Positions 10,326-21,677 are shown, numbered from the stretch's first letter. The stretch: DNA of 64,000 bases from an uncultured Candidatus Rokubacteria bacterium (GCA_963789955.1 CAWBMV010000022.1:96001-160000); one strand, 5' to 3'. Numbers and translations: made by a program. The notes: generated by a model from the letters alone, not told the origin.

Positions 10326-10850
10326 GTGGTATGGCGGGCGTCCCTCGTCGTCGTGGCGCTGGCGGCGTCGTGGCTCGTGTGGGAGTCGGCGGCCGGCCAG
10401 ACCTCGCGTCTCGGTGCGCCGGCCCCGGACGTGGCGGGAGAGCGCTGGATCAACAGCGCGCCCTTGACCACGTCGGGCCTGCGCGGCCGGGTCGTGCTGG
10501 TCGAGTTCTGGACCTTCGGCTGAATCAACTGCAAGAACGTGATCCCGCAGTTGCGGGGCTGGTTCGAGCGCTACGAGAAGGACGGATTCACGATCGTCGG
10601 AGTCCACACCCCGGAATTCTTCTGGGAGAAGCCGTATGGGAGCGTCGTGGACGCCACGAAGAAGCTCGGGGTCCGTTATCCGGTCGTGCAGGACAACGAG
10701 CAAGCGATCTGGAAGCGCTGGGGCATCTGGGCCTGGCCGACGACGGTCCTGATGGATCGCAAGGGCATCGTTCGCTATCAGCACATCGGCGAGGGCGACT
10801 ACGAGCAGACCGAAGCCATGATCCGGCGACTGCTGGCGGAGCGGGAGTAG
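10326..10850 (+). CDS. Redoxin (TlpA/DipZ-like thioredoxin fold) selenoprotein, UxxC
   Basis: ORFs 10326..10523 and 10539..10850 share a frame; reads LVEFWTFG-U-INC, where homologues have CxxC. Confidence 0.88.
10535..10565 (+). promoter_or_regulatory. Bacterial SECIS-like hairpin
   Basis: GAAC...CCCGC-AGTT-GCGGG...GTTC; loop ~26 nt after UGA 10521-10523. Confidence 0.65.
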
Positions 10851-10858
10851 CCGCCGGA

Positions 10859-12375
10859 GTGCTGTCGCCGTCCGCGAGATTCTCGGCGCTCGCGCTCCTG
10901 GCGATCGTGGCGCCCGCCACGATCGTCGCGGTCCTCGGCTACGTCTCGATCCGCCAGTGGGAGGCGTCGTCCGAGCTGCTCTACCGAGAGCAGGCGCGCG
11001 ACATGGCGACGATGGCCGCCGAGAAGGTCGAGATGACCTTGCGTCGATCGGAGGACGCCTTCCTCGATCGGGTCCAGGCCGCCCTCCGGTCGGACGCGCC
11101 GCCCCAGCGCGCGGTCGACGACGTGCTCGCCGGCTCGCCGCTGATCCGCCGGCTCTACCTGATCGGCGCGAAGGGCGAGCTGCTCTATCCGCGCGCGTGG
11201 AAAGACGGCGATCAGGCGGTCTTCGGACCGCTCCTGTCGGAGACCGCGGTGCGCCGGCTCGCGCGGGACGGCAAGCGCGAGGTGATCGCGGACAACCAGG
11301 TGTGCCTGGCGCTCCTCACCCGGCGCAGCGGCGAGCCGGTCGTGGCGGCCTTCGTCCGCGACCCCGACACGCTTGCGGCGCGAGATCCTCGAGGCCACGC
11401 TCGGTACGCTCGAGTCGTCGACGATCATCGCCGTGCTCGACCACGAGGGGCGCACGGTCTACAGCCGCGCGCCGATCGGCGACGCCCAGCGCCTGCTCTC
11501 CGTCGGATTTCGCGAAGGGCTACCGGACTGGCGGCTGGCGGTCTACCAGACACCGGCAGGGTCGCCGCGCCAGGCGGTGCGCCGCCAGGTCATGCTCTTC
11601 ACGGCCGCCCTCGGCGTGCTCGTGGCCGTCATCGTGGCGGGGATCGTCATGACGTGGCGGCTGATGCGTCGAGAGACCGAAATGGCCCGGCTCAAATCGG
11701 ATTTCGTCGCCAACGTGTCTCATGATCTGAAGACCCCGCTCTCCGTGATCCGGATGTTCGGGGAGACTCTCGAGATGGGCCGCGTAACCGACGAAGGCCG
11801 CCGCCAGGAATACTACCGGGTCATCACCCGTGAGGGTGAGCGGCTCTCGCGGCTGATCGACAACGTGCTGGATTTCTCGCGGATCGAGGGCGGGCGCCAG
11901 ACGTACGACATGGCGCCGACCCCCGTCGAGCCGCTCATCCGCTCCACGCTCGAGGCGTTCGCGTACCCGCTGGCCCAGCAGGGGTTCAAGGTCGAGGTCA
12001 AGCGTGGCGCCGGACCTCCCCGACGTGACGATGGACGCCGACGCCGTCGGGCAGGCGCTCGCCAACCTGATCGACAACGCGATCAAGTACTCGGCCGACG
12101 ATCGATCGCTGACCGTCGATGCGCGAGTCGCGGATGGCCGACTGGTCGTGGCGGTGAGCGATCGCGGCCTCGGGATCGCGCCCGATGAGCAGGCGAAGAT
12201 CTTCGAGAAATTCTATCGGGTCGGGCGCAGCGATACGCAAGGGCGTCGAGGCAGCGGAGTCGGCCTGGCGCTGGTGCGGCACGTCGCCGAGGCTCATGGA
12301 GGCGACGTCGCGGTCGAGAGCACGCCGGGTGCCGGGAGCCGCTTCGCCCTGCGCCTGCCGCTCGGTGGGGCGTGA
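10859..12375 (+). CDS. Sensor histidine kinase (apparent frameshifts near 11372 and 12003)
   Basis: Two TM helices; SHDLKTPL H-box, NLIDNAIKY, D.GLGI, GSGVGLA spread over three frames. Confidence 0.85.
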
Positions 12376-13055
12376 TGGCCAAGATCTTGATCGTGGACGA
12401 CGAGCCCGAGATCGTGCGCGGCCTCGAGGACAATCTTCGCTTCGAGGGCTACCAGACCGCGTCGGCCGCCAACGGCGAGGAAGCGCTGTCGCTCGCCCTG
12501 AGCGGCGCCCCCGATCTCGTCCTGCTCGACGTCATGATGCCCCGGATGAGCGGGTGGGACGTGTGTCGCGCGCTGCGGGAGAAAGGTGTCGACGTGCCGA
12601 TCATCATGCTCACTGCGCGGGGAGAGGAAGCCGACCGCGTTCGCGGTCTCGAGCTTGGAGCCGACGACTACGTGGCCAAGCCCTTCTCGCTGCGCGAGCT
12701 CCTGGCCCGGGTCCGCGCGGTGCTGCGCCGGCCGGGTCCGCGGGAGCGATTCGAGGAGTTCGCCTTCGGCGACGTGCGAGTCCGCCCGCGCGCGCGGCAG
12801 GTGTTCAAGGCCGGCCACGAGGTGCGCCTCACGCGCAAGGAGTTCGACCTGCTCGTGTTCCTGATCGCCCATCGCGGCGAGGTGGTCACGCGCGAGCGGC
12901 TGCTGGACGAGGTGTGGGGCTACGAACGGTTCCCGACGACCCGGACGGTCGATACGCACGTTCTTCGGCTCCGCCGAAAGTTCGAGGCCGACGCCGACCG
13001 TCCAGTCTGGATCCTGACCCTTCATGGCCACGGCTACAAGTTCGCGACCGAGTAG
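12375..13055 (+). CDS. OmpR-family response regulator
   Basis: REC (VDDE, LLDVMMP, KPF) plus winged helix ([14 protein letters not shown]). Confidence 0.93.
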   Translation: MAKILIVDDEPEIVRGLEDNLRFEGYQTASAANGEEALSLALSGAPDLVLLDVMMPRMSGWDVCRALREKGVDVPIIMLTARGEEADRVRGLELGADDYVAKPFSLRELLARVRAVLRRPGPRERFEEFAFGDVRVRPRARQVFKAGHEVRLTRKEFDLLVFLIAHRGEVVTRERLLDEVWGYERFPTTRTVDTHVLRLRRKFEADADRPVWILTLHGHGYKFATE

Positions 13056-13149
13056 TGGCAGTGCGCAGCCGCAGCACGGCGCCGCGCCGCGCGAGGCGCG
13101 CCTGAGAAGAAGCCGCGCGACGTGTGTATATGACGAAAGAGGAGAACCC

Positions 13150-14100
13150 ATGCTGATTCGACGCGCACCGCGGTTCACCGCGAGTGAGATCACCGATCCC
13201 AAGCTCTATCTGAGCCGCCGCGAGCTGATATCCGGCGCCGCCGCGGCTCTCGTGATGGCGCCGGCCCTGAGTGCGGCTGCGCCGCCGGCGCTCCAGGCCC
13301 TGTCCGCGACCCGGAACGCGGCCCTGAGCGTGAACGACACGCCGACGAAGGCCGAGGCGGCGATGACGTACAACAATTTCTACGAATTTGGCGTCAACAA
13401 GGATGATCCCTCACGACTCGCGCATACGTTGCGCACTCGCCCGTGGACGGTTCAGGTCGATGGGTTCGTCAACAAGCCCAAGACGTTCGACATCGACGAG
13501 CTCATGCGGCTGTTTCCGCTCGAGGAGCGGGTGTACTCGCTTCGTTGTGTCGAAGCATGGTCGATGGTGATCCCGTGGATCGGCTTTCCACTCGCGTCCC
13601 TGCTCAAGCGCGTCGAGCCGAACGGGCAGGCGAAGTACGTCGAGTTCACGACCTTGCTCGACCCGAACCAGTTCCCGGGCCAGAAACCCGGGCTCTTCGG
13701 CTCGTCGCTCGACTGGCCCTACGTCGAGGGGCTCCGGCTGGACGAGGCGATGCACCCGCTGACGCTTCTGACGGTGGGCATGTACGGCAAGGTGCTGCCG
13801 AATCAGAACGGCGCGCCGGTGCGGGTGGTGGTGCCGTGGAAGTACGGCTTCAAGAGTGCCAAGTCGATCGTCCGGATCCGGCTGGTCAGCGAGCAACCCA
13901 AGACCGCCTGGGAAAAGGCGGCGTCGCAGGAATACGGCTTCTACTCCAACGTCAATCCCGCCGTCAGCCATCCGCGCTGGAGCCAGGCGGACGAGCGGCG
14001 CATCGGTGAGTTTCGCCGCCGCCCCACACTTCCGTTCAACGGATACGCCGAGCAGGTGGCGTCGCTCTACGCCGGGATGGACCTGAAGAAGAACTACTGA
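13150..14100 (+). CDS. msrP: Protein-methionine-sulfoxide reductase catalytic subunit MsrP
   Basis: Tat motif [43 protein letters not shown]. Confidence 0.96.
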   Translation: MLIRRAPRFTASEITDPKLYLSRRELISGAAAALVMAPALSAAAPPALQALSATRNAALSVNDTPTKAEAAMTYNNFYEFGVNKDDPSRLAHTLRTRPWTVQVDGFVNKPKTFDIDELMRLFPLEERVYSLRCVEAWSMVIPWIGFPLASLLKRVEPNGQAKYVEFTTLLDPNQFPGQKPGLFGSSLDWPYVEGLRLDEAMHPLTLLTVGMYGKVLPNQNGAPVRVVVPWKYGFKSAKSIVRIRLVSEQPKTAWEKAASQEYGFYSNVNPAVSHPRWSQADERRIGEFRRRPTLPFNGYAEQVASLYAGMDLKKNY

Positions 14101-14110
14101 GCGCACCGCC

Positions 14111-14773
14111 GTGACGCGTCCGGCGCGAATCGCGCTCAAGGTCGCGGTGTGGGGGATCTGCCTCGCGCCGCTCACGCTCCTGGCCTATCGGGCCTGGACC
14201 GACGATCTCGGCGCCAACCCCATCAGCTTCATCACCAATACGCTCGGCGACTGGACGTTGCGGATTCTGCTCGCGTCGCTCGCGATGACGCCGCTCCGCA
14301 TTCTGTTCGGTCTGTCGTGGCCGATCACGCTTCGCCGGCTGCTCGGGCTGTTCGCGTTCGCCTACGTGTGCCTGCACTTCGCGGTGTGGAGCGTGCTCGA
14401 CTTCTTCTTCGACTGGCCGCGGATGTGGGCCGACATCGTCAAGCGTCCGTACATCACGATGGGCATGCTGGCGCTGCTCTCGCTGATCCCGCTCGCCGTG
14501 ACGTCGACGACCGGGATGATCCGACGCCTCGGCGCGCGGAACTGGACGCGCCTGCATCGTCTCGCGTACGTCGCGGCGGTGTGCGCGGTCCTCCACTATC
14601 TGTGGCTCGCGAAGGTCGGCGTGAAGGATCCGTACTGGTACGCGGCCGTGCTCATCCTCCTGCTCGGTGTCCGCGGATGGGAGTGGGGACGGCGGGCGCT
14701 GCGCCGGCGCCGTGACCGCGCCGGAGCGGCTTCCCCGGCCGTGCGTCCACGCGCCGAAAACCCGCTTTCGTGA
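14111..14773 (+). CDS. msrQ: MsrQ heme-binding membrane subunit
   Basis: RRLLGLFAF.Y..LH, KRPYIT.G, W..LHRL.Y; follows msrP. Confidence 0.93.
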   Translation: MTRPARIALKVAVWGICLAPLTLLAYRAWTDDLGANPISFITNTLGDWTLRILLASLAMTPLRILFGLSWPITLRRLLGLFAFAYVCLHFAVWSVLDFFFDWPRMWADIVKRPYITMGMLALLSLIPLAVTSTTGMIRRLGARNWTRLHRLAYVAAVCAVLHYLWLAKVGVKDPYWYAAVLILLLGVRGWEWGRRALRRRRDRAGAASPAVRPRAENPLS

Positions 14774-14804
14774 GCGGCGCCGCCGCCGTAGTATCGGTGG
14801 CACC

Positions 14805-16047
14805 ATGAACTCGACCACCGTCTCCGTCAACGGTCGTGACTATCGCACCCCCCGCCGCCCGGTCGTCGTGGTCTGCATCGATGGGTCCGAGCCGGAATAC
14901 TTCGAGCGCGGGATCGCCGGCAACACCACGCCCGCCGTCGCGCGCTTCCGGAACGAGGGCGTGTACCGGGTGGCCCGATCCGTCGTGCCGAGCTTCACGA
15001 ATCCGAACAACCTGTCCATCGTCACCGGCGCGCTCGCCGGCGGTCCACGGGATCTCCGGCAACTATTTCTACGATCCCGCGACCGGCCAGGAAGTCATGA
15101 TGAACGACCCGAAGTTCTTGCGCTGCGAGACCCTGCTGGCGGCGTTGTCTCGCGCGGGAGCGCGCGTGGCGGTGGTCACCGCCAAGGACAAGCTTCGGCG
15201 CCTCCTCGGTCACGGAATGGACGGGATCTGCTTCTCCTCGGAGAAGGCCGACCAGACGACCAAGGGCGAGCACGGGATCGAGCGGGCCACCGACCTCGTC
15301 AGGATGCCGGTGCCCTCGGTCTACAGCGCAGAGCTGTCGGAGTACGTGCTGGCGGCCGGTCTCGAGCTGCTCGAACGCGAGCGCCCGGACGCGATGTATC
15401 TGTCGCTGACCGACTACGTGCAGCACAAGCACGCGCCGGGCGCGCCGGCCGCCACGGCGTTCTACGCGATGCTCGACCGCTACTTCGACGCGTTCGACCG
15501 CGCCGGCGCGGTGCTCGGGATCACCGCCGATCACGGGATGAACGCCAAGTCCAATTCGGACGGCACGCCGAGGGTGGTCTACCTGCGTCCGCTGCTCGAC
15601 GAGCTCGTCGGCGCCGGGCGCGCGCGCGTGATCTTGCCGATCACGGATCCCTACGTCGTGCATCACGGGGCGCTCGGCTCGTTCGCGACGATCTACTTCG
15701 ACGACGCGCCGCGGGCCAAGACGGTGGCGGCGCGCCTTGCCGCGACGCCCGGCATCGCCGAGGTCTACGACAACGCGACGGGCTGCGCGCGGTTCGAGCT
15801 CCCGCGCGATCGGGTCGGCGATCTGATCGTCATCGGCGACATCCACACGGTGCTCGGGAAATCGCCCGAGGAGCACGATCTCTCGTTGCTCGAGGAGCCG
15901 CTCCGCTCGCACGGCGGGGTGTCGGAGCAGATGGTGCCCTTCGTCATCAATCGACCGCTCGACGAGGCGAGCGCGCGGCGACTGGCCGGAGCCCGCGATC
16001 TGCGAAACTTCGACGTGTTCGACTACGTCCTCAACGGGGTGAGCTGA
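14805..16047 (+). CDS. phnA: Phosphonoacetate hydrolase (apparent frameshift near 15035)
   Basis: VVVC.DG, PSFTNPNNLSIVTG, HGISGNYF, TDYVQHK, DPYVVHHGALG, LRSHGG. Confidence 0.92.
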
Positions 16048-16089
16048 TCGGGCGGTGGCGCTCGGCGGGCCTCCGAGCGCGTTCGGCGG

Positions 16090-16281
16090 CTACTCGGTTC
16101 GCTGCGCGCGCGCTTCCTCGGCGGCCTTGATCTCGTCGGCGAACATCGCGGTCGTCAGCGGGCAGGGAGGCTTGTTCTCGTCGACGTACTGGCAATCGGT
16201 CTGGTTGCACTGCACGAAGTAGCCTTGAGGCCGTCCGAATCCGCCCGGCCGACGCAGTCGGATCTCAACACTCTCGGACAC
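16090..16281 (-). CDS. Small Cys-containing hypothetical protein
   Basis: C-x4-C-x9-C pattern, GC3-rich codons; start uncertain. Confidence 0.6.
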   Translation of the reverse strand: MSESVEIRLRRPGGFGRPQGYFVQCNQTDCQYVDENKPPCPLTTAMFADEIKAAEEARAQRTE

Positions 16282-16545
16282 GACGCCACACCAGTACTCG
16301 CGCGCTCGGCTTCGGCTCACGTCATCTCCTCAGCGCGACCAGACTTGCGTCGCACTCGATTACTAGGGGGCTCGTTCACCATACGACAGGAGCCGCGTCC
16401 ACACAACATGTCCGTGAGTTTTTCCTCTGCGCCGGCCGCGAATTGTGTCGAACGAAGGTCGCGATTCAGCTATAAAGGACGTGACTCGCAAGCGTACCGA
16501 TATCGCCCAAATAACCGCGACGTTCGAAGAGGAGGGTGCGTCGTT

Positions 16546-17487
16546 TTGCTTCGGGTTCTGACCGGCCGGCTCGGCTCCGCCGCGGCCCCGCTGGCCGTAG
16601 CGATCGCGATGGTGGCGTTCAGTGGTTGCGGCAGCGTATCGAGCGCGGTCAAGCCCGAGTCGTCGCTCCTCGCCGGTGCGCAGCCTCCGAGCGCGAGCAC
16701 CCCGCCGTCCGACTCCGGCCCACTATCGAGCGCTTCCAGCGAGCCAGTCCCGACAGTCGCCGAATCGCCGGCCATCGAGCCGGGCGCGGGCGAGAACGGA
16801 GACGGCGCGGCCGAGGTCAAGGTCGCTCAGGCGGAGACGCCTCAAGACAAGGGCCAGCCCGGGGAGCCGCCGGCCGATGACGAGGACTACGATCCCTGGG
16901 AGAAGTTCAACGAGAAGATGTTCGAGTTCAACCGGCAGGCCGATCGGTTCGTGCTGAAGCCGGTCGCGAAGGTCTACAGCGTGATTCTGCCCGAGCCGTT
17001 CGAGGTGATGATCGGCAACGGCTTCGACAACATCGGCCTTCGTGCCGCGGATGGTCAACAGCCTGCTCCAGGGGAAGTTCGTCGGCGCCAGCCGCGAGGT
17101 GTCCCGCTTTCTGATCAACAGCACGCTCGGCATCGGTGGGCTGTTCGACGCGGCGAAGTACTACGGGATCGAGAAGAGCCGCGAGGACTTCGGGCAGACG
17201 CTCGGGTTCTGGGGGGTGACCCCGGGCCCGTACCTCATCGTGCCCTTCCTGGAGCCGATGACGGTTCGTGACGGGATCGGCCGGGGCGTGGATAGCTTGA
17301 TGAATCCGTTCTCGTACTTCACTTTCCGTTCATCTGGACCGGCGTTGCCCTCAAGCTCGGCGAGATCGTCAACGATCGTGCCTTGAATCTCGACTTGTTC
17401 CAGGGATTCGAGGAGAGCGTGGTCGACCTGTACAGCGCCGTCCGACACGGCTATCTCCGACGTCGGGAGCAGCTGATCAAGGAGTAA
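16546..17487 (+). CDS. MlaA/VacJ-family lipoprotein (apparent frameshifts near 17038 and 17322)
   Basis: Lipobox FSGC; DPWEKFN.KMF.FN, RFLINSTLGIGGLFD, EDFGQTLG.WG..PGPY. Confidence 0.85.
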
Positions 17488-17488
17488 C

Positions 17489-18424
17489 GTGAGGGGGCGC
17501 ATCATCCTCCTCGGGGTCCTCACCGCGGCCGCCGCGTTCGGCTGCCTCGTCTGGCTCGCCCTGATTCCGGGCGCTCGGCCCGCTCGTGCCAGCGCCGACA
17601 GCGGTGACGTCAGGGCAGGTCGAGAGGTGTACGTGCGCTACTGCGCGACCTGCCACGGCGATGCCGGACGTGGCGACGGCGCATCGGCCGCCTCGTTCGC
17701 CACCAAGCCCGCTGACCTGACCGACGGCCGTCTGATGAACGGACTCCCCGACGAGTTTTTGTACAACGTCATCATGCATGGCGGACCGGCCGAGGGACTG
17801 TCGCCGGGCATGCCGCCGCTGTCCGCATACTTGAGCGACGCCGAAACGCGCCGGGTGATCCAGTACCTTCGCACGATCGCCTCGCCGTCCTTCCGCGCCG
17901 AGATGGCGAAGCCGCTCGTGTCGCCCCCGCGCGCGCCGCGACAGCCGATCTTCTTCAATCACGTGATTCACGCCGGCTCCTTCCAGATCCCGTGCCAGTA
18001 CTGCCACGCCGACGCCCGCCGATCGGAGTACGCAGGGCTTCCGTCGGTCGAGCGCTGCCTGGGTTGCCACAAGATCATCGGCGCCCAGGACAATCCCGAG
18101 ATCGCGAAGATCCACGACTACGCCAAGCGCGGCCAGCCGATCCCCTGGGTGCGGATCTTCAAGCTCCCGGAGTTCACCTTCTTCCCGCATCGAGCTCACG
18201 TGCGCTTCGGGCTCGAGTGTCAGACGTGCCACGGCCCGATCGAGCGAATGCGGGTGGTCGGCGCGGACACGGGACCGAAGCTGAGTGACGACCTGGTCCG
18301 GCTCGTCGGCTTCCGCCCGCCTCCCAGAGCCTTGACGATGGGGTGGTGCGTCGAGTGCCATCGTGAGCAGAACGCGACACGAGGAAGCAAGGCACCTCTC
18401 GACTGCGTCACCTGCCATCACTGA
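17489..18424 (+). CDS. Hexaheme cytochrome c (monoheme domain plus ActA-like pentaheme domain)
   Basis: CATCH, CQYCH, CLGCH, CQTCH, CVECH, CVTCH; QPI.F.H..HAG, I.W.RI..LP.F.FF.H..HV, MGWC. Confidence 0.9.
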   Translation: MRGRIILLGVLTAAAAFGCLVWLALIPGARPARASADSGDVRAGREVYVRYCATCHGDAGRGDGASAASFATKPADLTDGRLMNGLPDEFLYNVIMHGGPAEGLSPGMPPLSAYLSDAETRRVIQYLRTIASPSFRAEMAKPLVSPPRAPRQPIFFNHVIHAGSFQIPCQYCHADARRSEYAGLPSVERCLGCHKIIGAQDNPEIAKIHDYAKRGQPIPWVRIFKLPEFTFFPHRAHVRFGLECQTCHGPIERMRVVGADTGPKLSDDLVRLVGFRPPPRALTMGWCVECHREQNATRGSKAPLDCVTCHH

Positions 18425-18579
18425 TCGGTTCTCGCTCCGAAATTATCCGGAAAGGCGCATCACGAAGTACCCGCTCGGACTACCCCGTCCATAGGGGCAT
18501 GGCGCTTTCTGGCTACCGCGAATAGGACCGTGGGCGGTGGTAAGAAATTGGGCGAGGGCTGCTCTAGTTCCGCTATTTT

Positions 18580-19935
18580 ATGACTATGGACAATATCCTG
18601 GTCGTCGACGACGAACGGAACATCCGCACGCTCTGTTCGCGGGTGTTGGCCGGGGACCAGATCGAAGTCCACGGGGTTGGTACCGGCAAAGAGGGGCTCC
18701 AGACGGCCGACGAGGTGAGCCCCGACCTGGTTCTCCTCGATCTCCGCCTTCCGGACATGGACGGCATCGACGTTCTTCGCGCCCTCAAGGGCCGCCACCC
18801 CGAGACCGCGGTCATCATCATCACGGGCTTCGGGCAGATCCAGAGCGCGGTCGAGGCGATGAAGGCCGGCGCCACCGACTATCTCGAGAAGCCGTTCGAG
18901 CACCTCGACAAGCTCAAGCTCGCGGTCGCGCGCTCGCTCGAGGAGGTGCGCGCCCGCCGCGAGATCCAGCGTCTTCATCGCCTGCAGGAGAAGGAATACC
19001 GAGTCGATCAGCTCATCGGCGAGTCGGAGGGAACGCGCCGGCTCCGCGAGCTCATCGGTAAGCTCGCGCGGAGCGAGGCGGCGACGATCCTGATCCACGG
19101 CGAGAGCGGAACCGGCAAGGAGCTCGTCGCGCGCGGCCTGCACTACGAGAGCGCGCGGCGCGACTCGCCCTTCATGGAGGTCAACTGCGCGGCCATCACC
19201 GAGACCCTGTTCGAGAGCGAGCTGTTCGGGCACGAGAAGGGGGCCTTCACTGACGCCAAGGCCGCGAAGAAGGGCCTGATGGAGCTGGCCGACCGCGGCA
19301 CGCTGTTCCTCGACGAGGTGAGCGAGATGTCGCTCAACAGCCAGGCGAAGTTCCTCCGGGTCCTCCAGGAACGCGTCCTCAGGCGAGTGGGCGGGACGCG
19401 GGACATCAAGGTAGATCTGAGAATCATCGCCGCGACCAACCGGCCGCTCGAGATGCGCGTGAAGGACGGACTGTTCCGCGAGGACCTCTTCTATCGGCTC
19501 AACGTGATTCCGATTCACATCCCTCCGCTGCGCGAGCGCCGCGACGACATCATGCCGCTGGCTCGACATTTCGTCATGGACGCGAACACGCGCTTCCACA
19601 AATCCATCAAGGGGTTCACGCCGGACGCGGAGCGGCTGATGGTGGGCTACCAGTGGCCGGGCAACGTCCGCGAGGTCCGGAATCTGATCGAGCGTCTCGT
19701 GATCCTGGGCAGCTCCGAGCTCATCGAGCCGCAGCACCTGCCGGTGCAGTTCGCGACCCAGATCCGTCAGGCCGTCGTTCCGGAAGCGTCGACGGACGAG
19801 CCGCGAACGTTGGCCGAAGTGGAGCGCGCCTACATCGCGCAGATCATGCAGCGCGTGGAATCGAACAAGAGCAAGGCCGCCAAGATTCTCGGCATCTCGC
19901 GCCAGACGCTTCGCAAGAAGCTCATGGAAGTGTGA
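18580..19935 (+). CDS. Sigma54-dependent response regulator (NtrC family)
   Basis: REC; GESGTGKE, ESELFGHEKGAFTDA, FREDLFYRLNV, WPGNVRE; Fis-type HTH. Confidence 0.95.
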   Translation: MTMDNILVVDDERNIRTLCSRVLAGDQIEVHGVGTGKEGLQTADEVSPDLVLLDLRLPDMDGIDVLRALKGRHPETAVIIITGFGQIQSAVEAMKAGATDYLEKPFEHLDKLKLAVARSLEEVRARREIQRLHRLQEKEYRVDQLIGESEGTRRLRELIGKLARSEAATILIHGESGTGKELVARGLHYESARRDSPFMEVNCAAITETLFESELFGHEKGAFTDAKAAKKGLMELADRGTLFLDEVSEMSLNSQAKFLRVLQERVLRRVGGTRDIKVDLRIIAATNRPLEMRVKDGLFREDLFYRLNVIPIHIPPLRERRDDIMPLARHFVMDANTRFHKSIKGFTPDAERLMVGYQWPGNVREVRNLIERLVILGSSELIEPQHLPVQFATQIRQAVVPEASTDEPRTLAEVERAYIAQIMQRVESNKSKAAKILGISRQTLRKKLMEV

Positions 19936-20142
19936 CGGGTCGATCAGTCCATCGCCACTGGTGAGTTCGGGGCCACTCCGGACTCAGAGGATCCGGATAA
20001 GCGCAAGTAGTTGAAATTAAATTCTTTCCGGAATGGGGGTCGCCCGGCTCTGTGAAATCTTGGCAACTAATCAGCCATTGAAGGGCGACGCCGGAAATCC
20101 CAAATTGATTGACTTTATGACTACTTACAAGCGAGCGGACCC

Positions 20143-20159
20143 TTGGTCTCCCATTTGCT
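20143..20159 (+). promoter_or_regulatory. Putative sigma54 promoter
   Basis: TTGGTCTCCCATTTGCT (GG-N10-GC) at the end of an AT-rich intergenic region. Confidence 0.65.
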
Positions 20160-20205
20160 ACTTCTTCGTGCGAGCCTCGCACGAAAACGGCCAGGGGAGA
20201 GTGGA

Positions 20206-21666
20206 ATGAGACCGACGTTCAGGAAGCTGGAAGTCAAGGACATCGGCAACTTGGAGCGGCTGGTCGCCGACAACATCGACGGCGTCGAGCCGGGCCTGAA
20301 GGTCGTTGATTCGCGGCTGCTCCTCGGTCAGGCCGCGATCGACCTCGTGGGTCTCGACTCCAAAGACTCCCTCGTGCTGATCGCCCTCGACTTCAGCGCC
20401 GACGACGGACTCCTGCTCCGCGTGATGGACGCCTACTCCTGGTGTCTCGAGTACCCGGACACGCTCCGCCGTCTCTACCCGATGGCGCAGGCAACGTCCC
20501 GGCCGCCGCGCATTCTGTTCGTCGTCGAGAAGATGACGGATGCGTTCCTCCGCCGGGTCAAGCAGCTCAGCTTCCTCGAGATCGATTGCTTCGAGTTCCG
20601 CTACCTGGAAGTCAACGGCGCCTCCGTCGTCTATTTCGATCTCGTCGAGCGCCTGCGCAAGTCGGTCGTGGATGCGCCGAGCGAGGTCGCGGCACCCGCG
20701 GCCGCCCGGCCGGCCCCGGTCGTCCCGTCTCCGGTCGAGCCGCGCGTTGAACATCGAGTCGAGCCGCGGTCGAGCCGCGAATCGAACAGCGAATCGAGCC
20801 GCGCGTGGAGTCTCCAGTCGAGCCGGCGAAGCCCGCTCTCGCGTGGGCGACGCGCGTGGAGTCGCGCGAGCCGGTGAGCGAGCCCAAGCGGGTCGAGCCG
20901 CTCAAGGCCGTCGTCGCGGAGCCGATTCGCTTCGAGCCCACCGCGGTCGTCGCCGCCGAGCCCGAGCCCGTTGCGCCGGTCGTCGCGGTCCCGAGCGCGC
21001 CCGCGCCGGTGGAGCCGGAGCCGAGCGTGGTCGCCGAGGTTCAGGTTCCGCCGAGCGTGAACCTACGTCCGCGACGCGGCGGTCGTGCCGCCCGTACCCG
21101 CGAGCGTACCGCCGGCGTCCGTGATCGTCACGGTGGCGCCCGAGCCGATCGTGACGATGCCGGTCGAGCCCGCGCTCGCGCTCGAGGCCATCGAGACGAC
21201 GTCCACGCGCGCTCACACGAATGGACATGTCGCCGAGCCCGACGCGGTCGTCGCGCCGGTCATCGAGACTGCCCTGCGCGTCACGGCCCCGGTTGACGAG
21301 CCGATTATCGTCGCGCCCGCGGCTCCTGTCCCGGCAGCGCCAGAGGCGGCTCCCGCTTTCGTGGTGCCGGTGGAACCCGTTCCGGCCCCCGTGCAGGCTC
21401 CGCCGGTCTGGGCCAAGCCCGGATCGCAACCGAATGGGACCAAGCCTCACTTCTTCGCGCACGCGACGAAGGGCACCACTCCGGTCGAAGCTCCGGCCAT
21501 GGTCGCCGCGGTGGCGGCGCCTGCTGAGCCGGCCACGCCACCAGCCGCGAGCAAGGTTGGACTCGAAGTCGACGACCGTCCGGAGCTCGAATCGCTGAGC
21601 TTCCCGAAGGACGGGCTGTCTCGCCAGTGGCTAGAGTTCCTCAGTCAGCTCGGCGCGACAAAGTAA
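20206..21666 (+). CDS. Hypothetical protein: NucS-like N-terminal domain, long Pro/Ala/Val/Glu linker, short C-terminal helix (apparent frameshifts near 20770 and 21065)
   Basis: ORFs 20143, 20805 and 21085 join into one compositionally continuous protein. Confidence 0.7.
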
Positions 21667-21677
21667 CAGGAGTCCTT

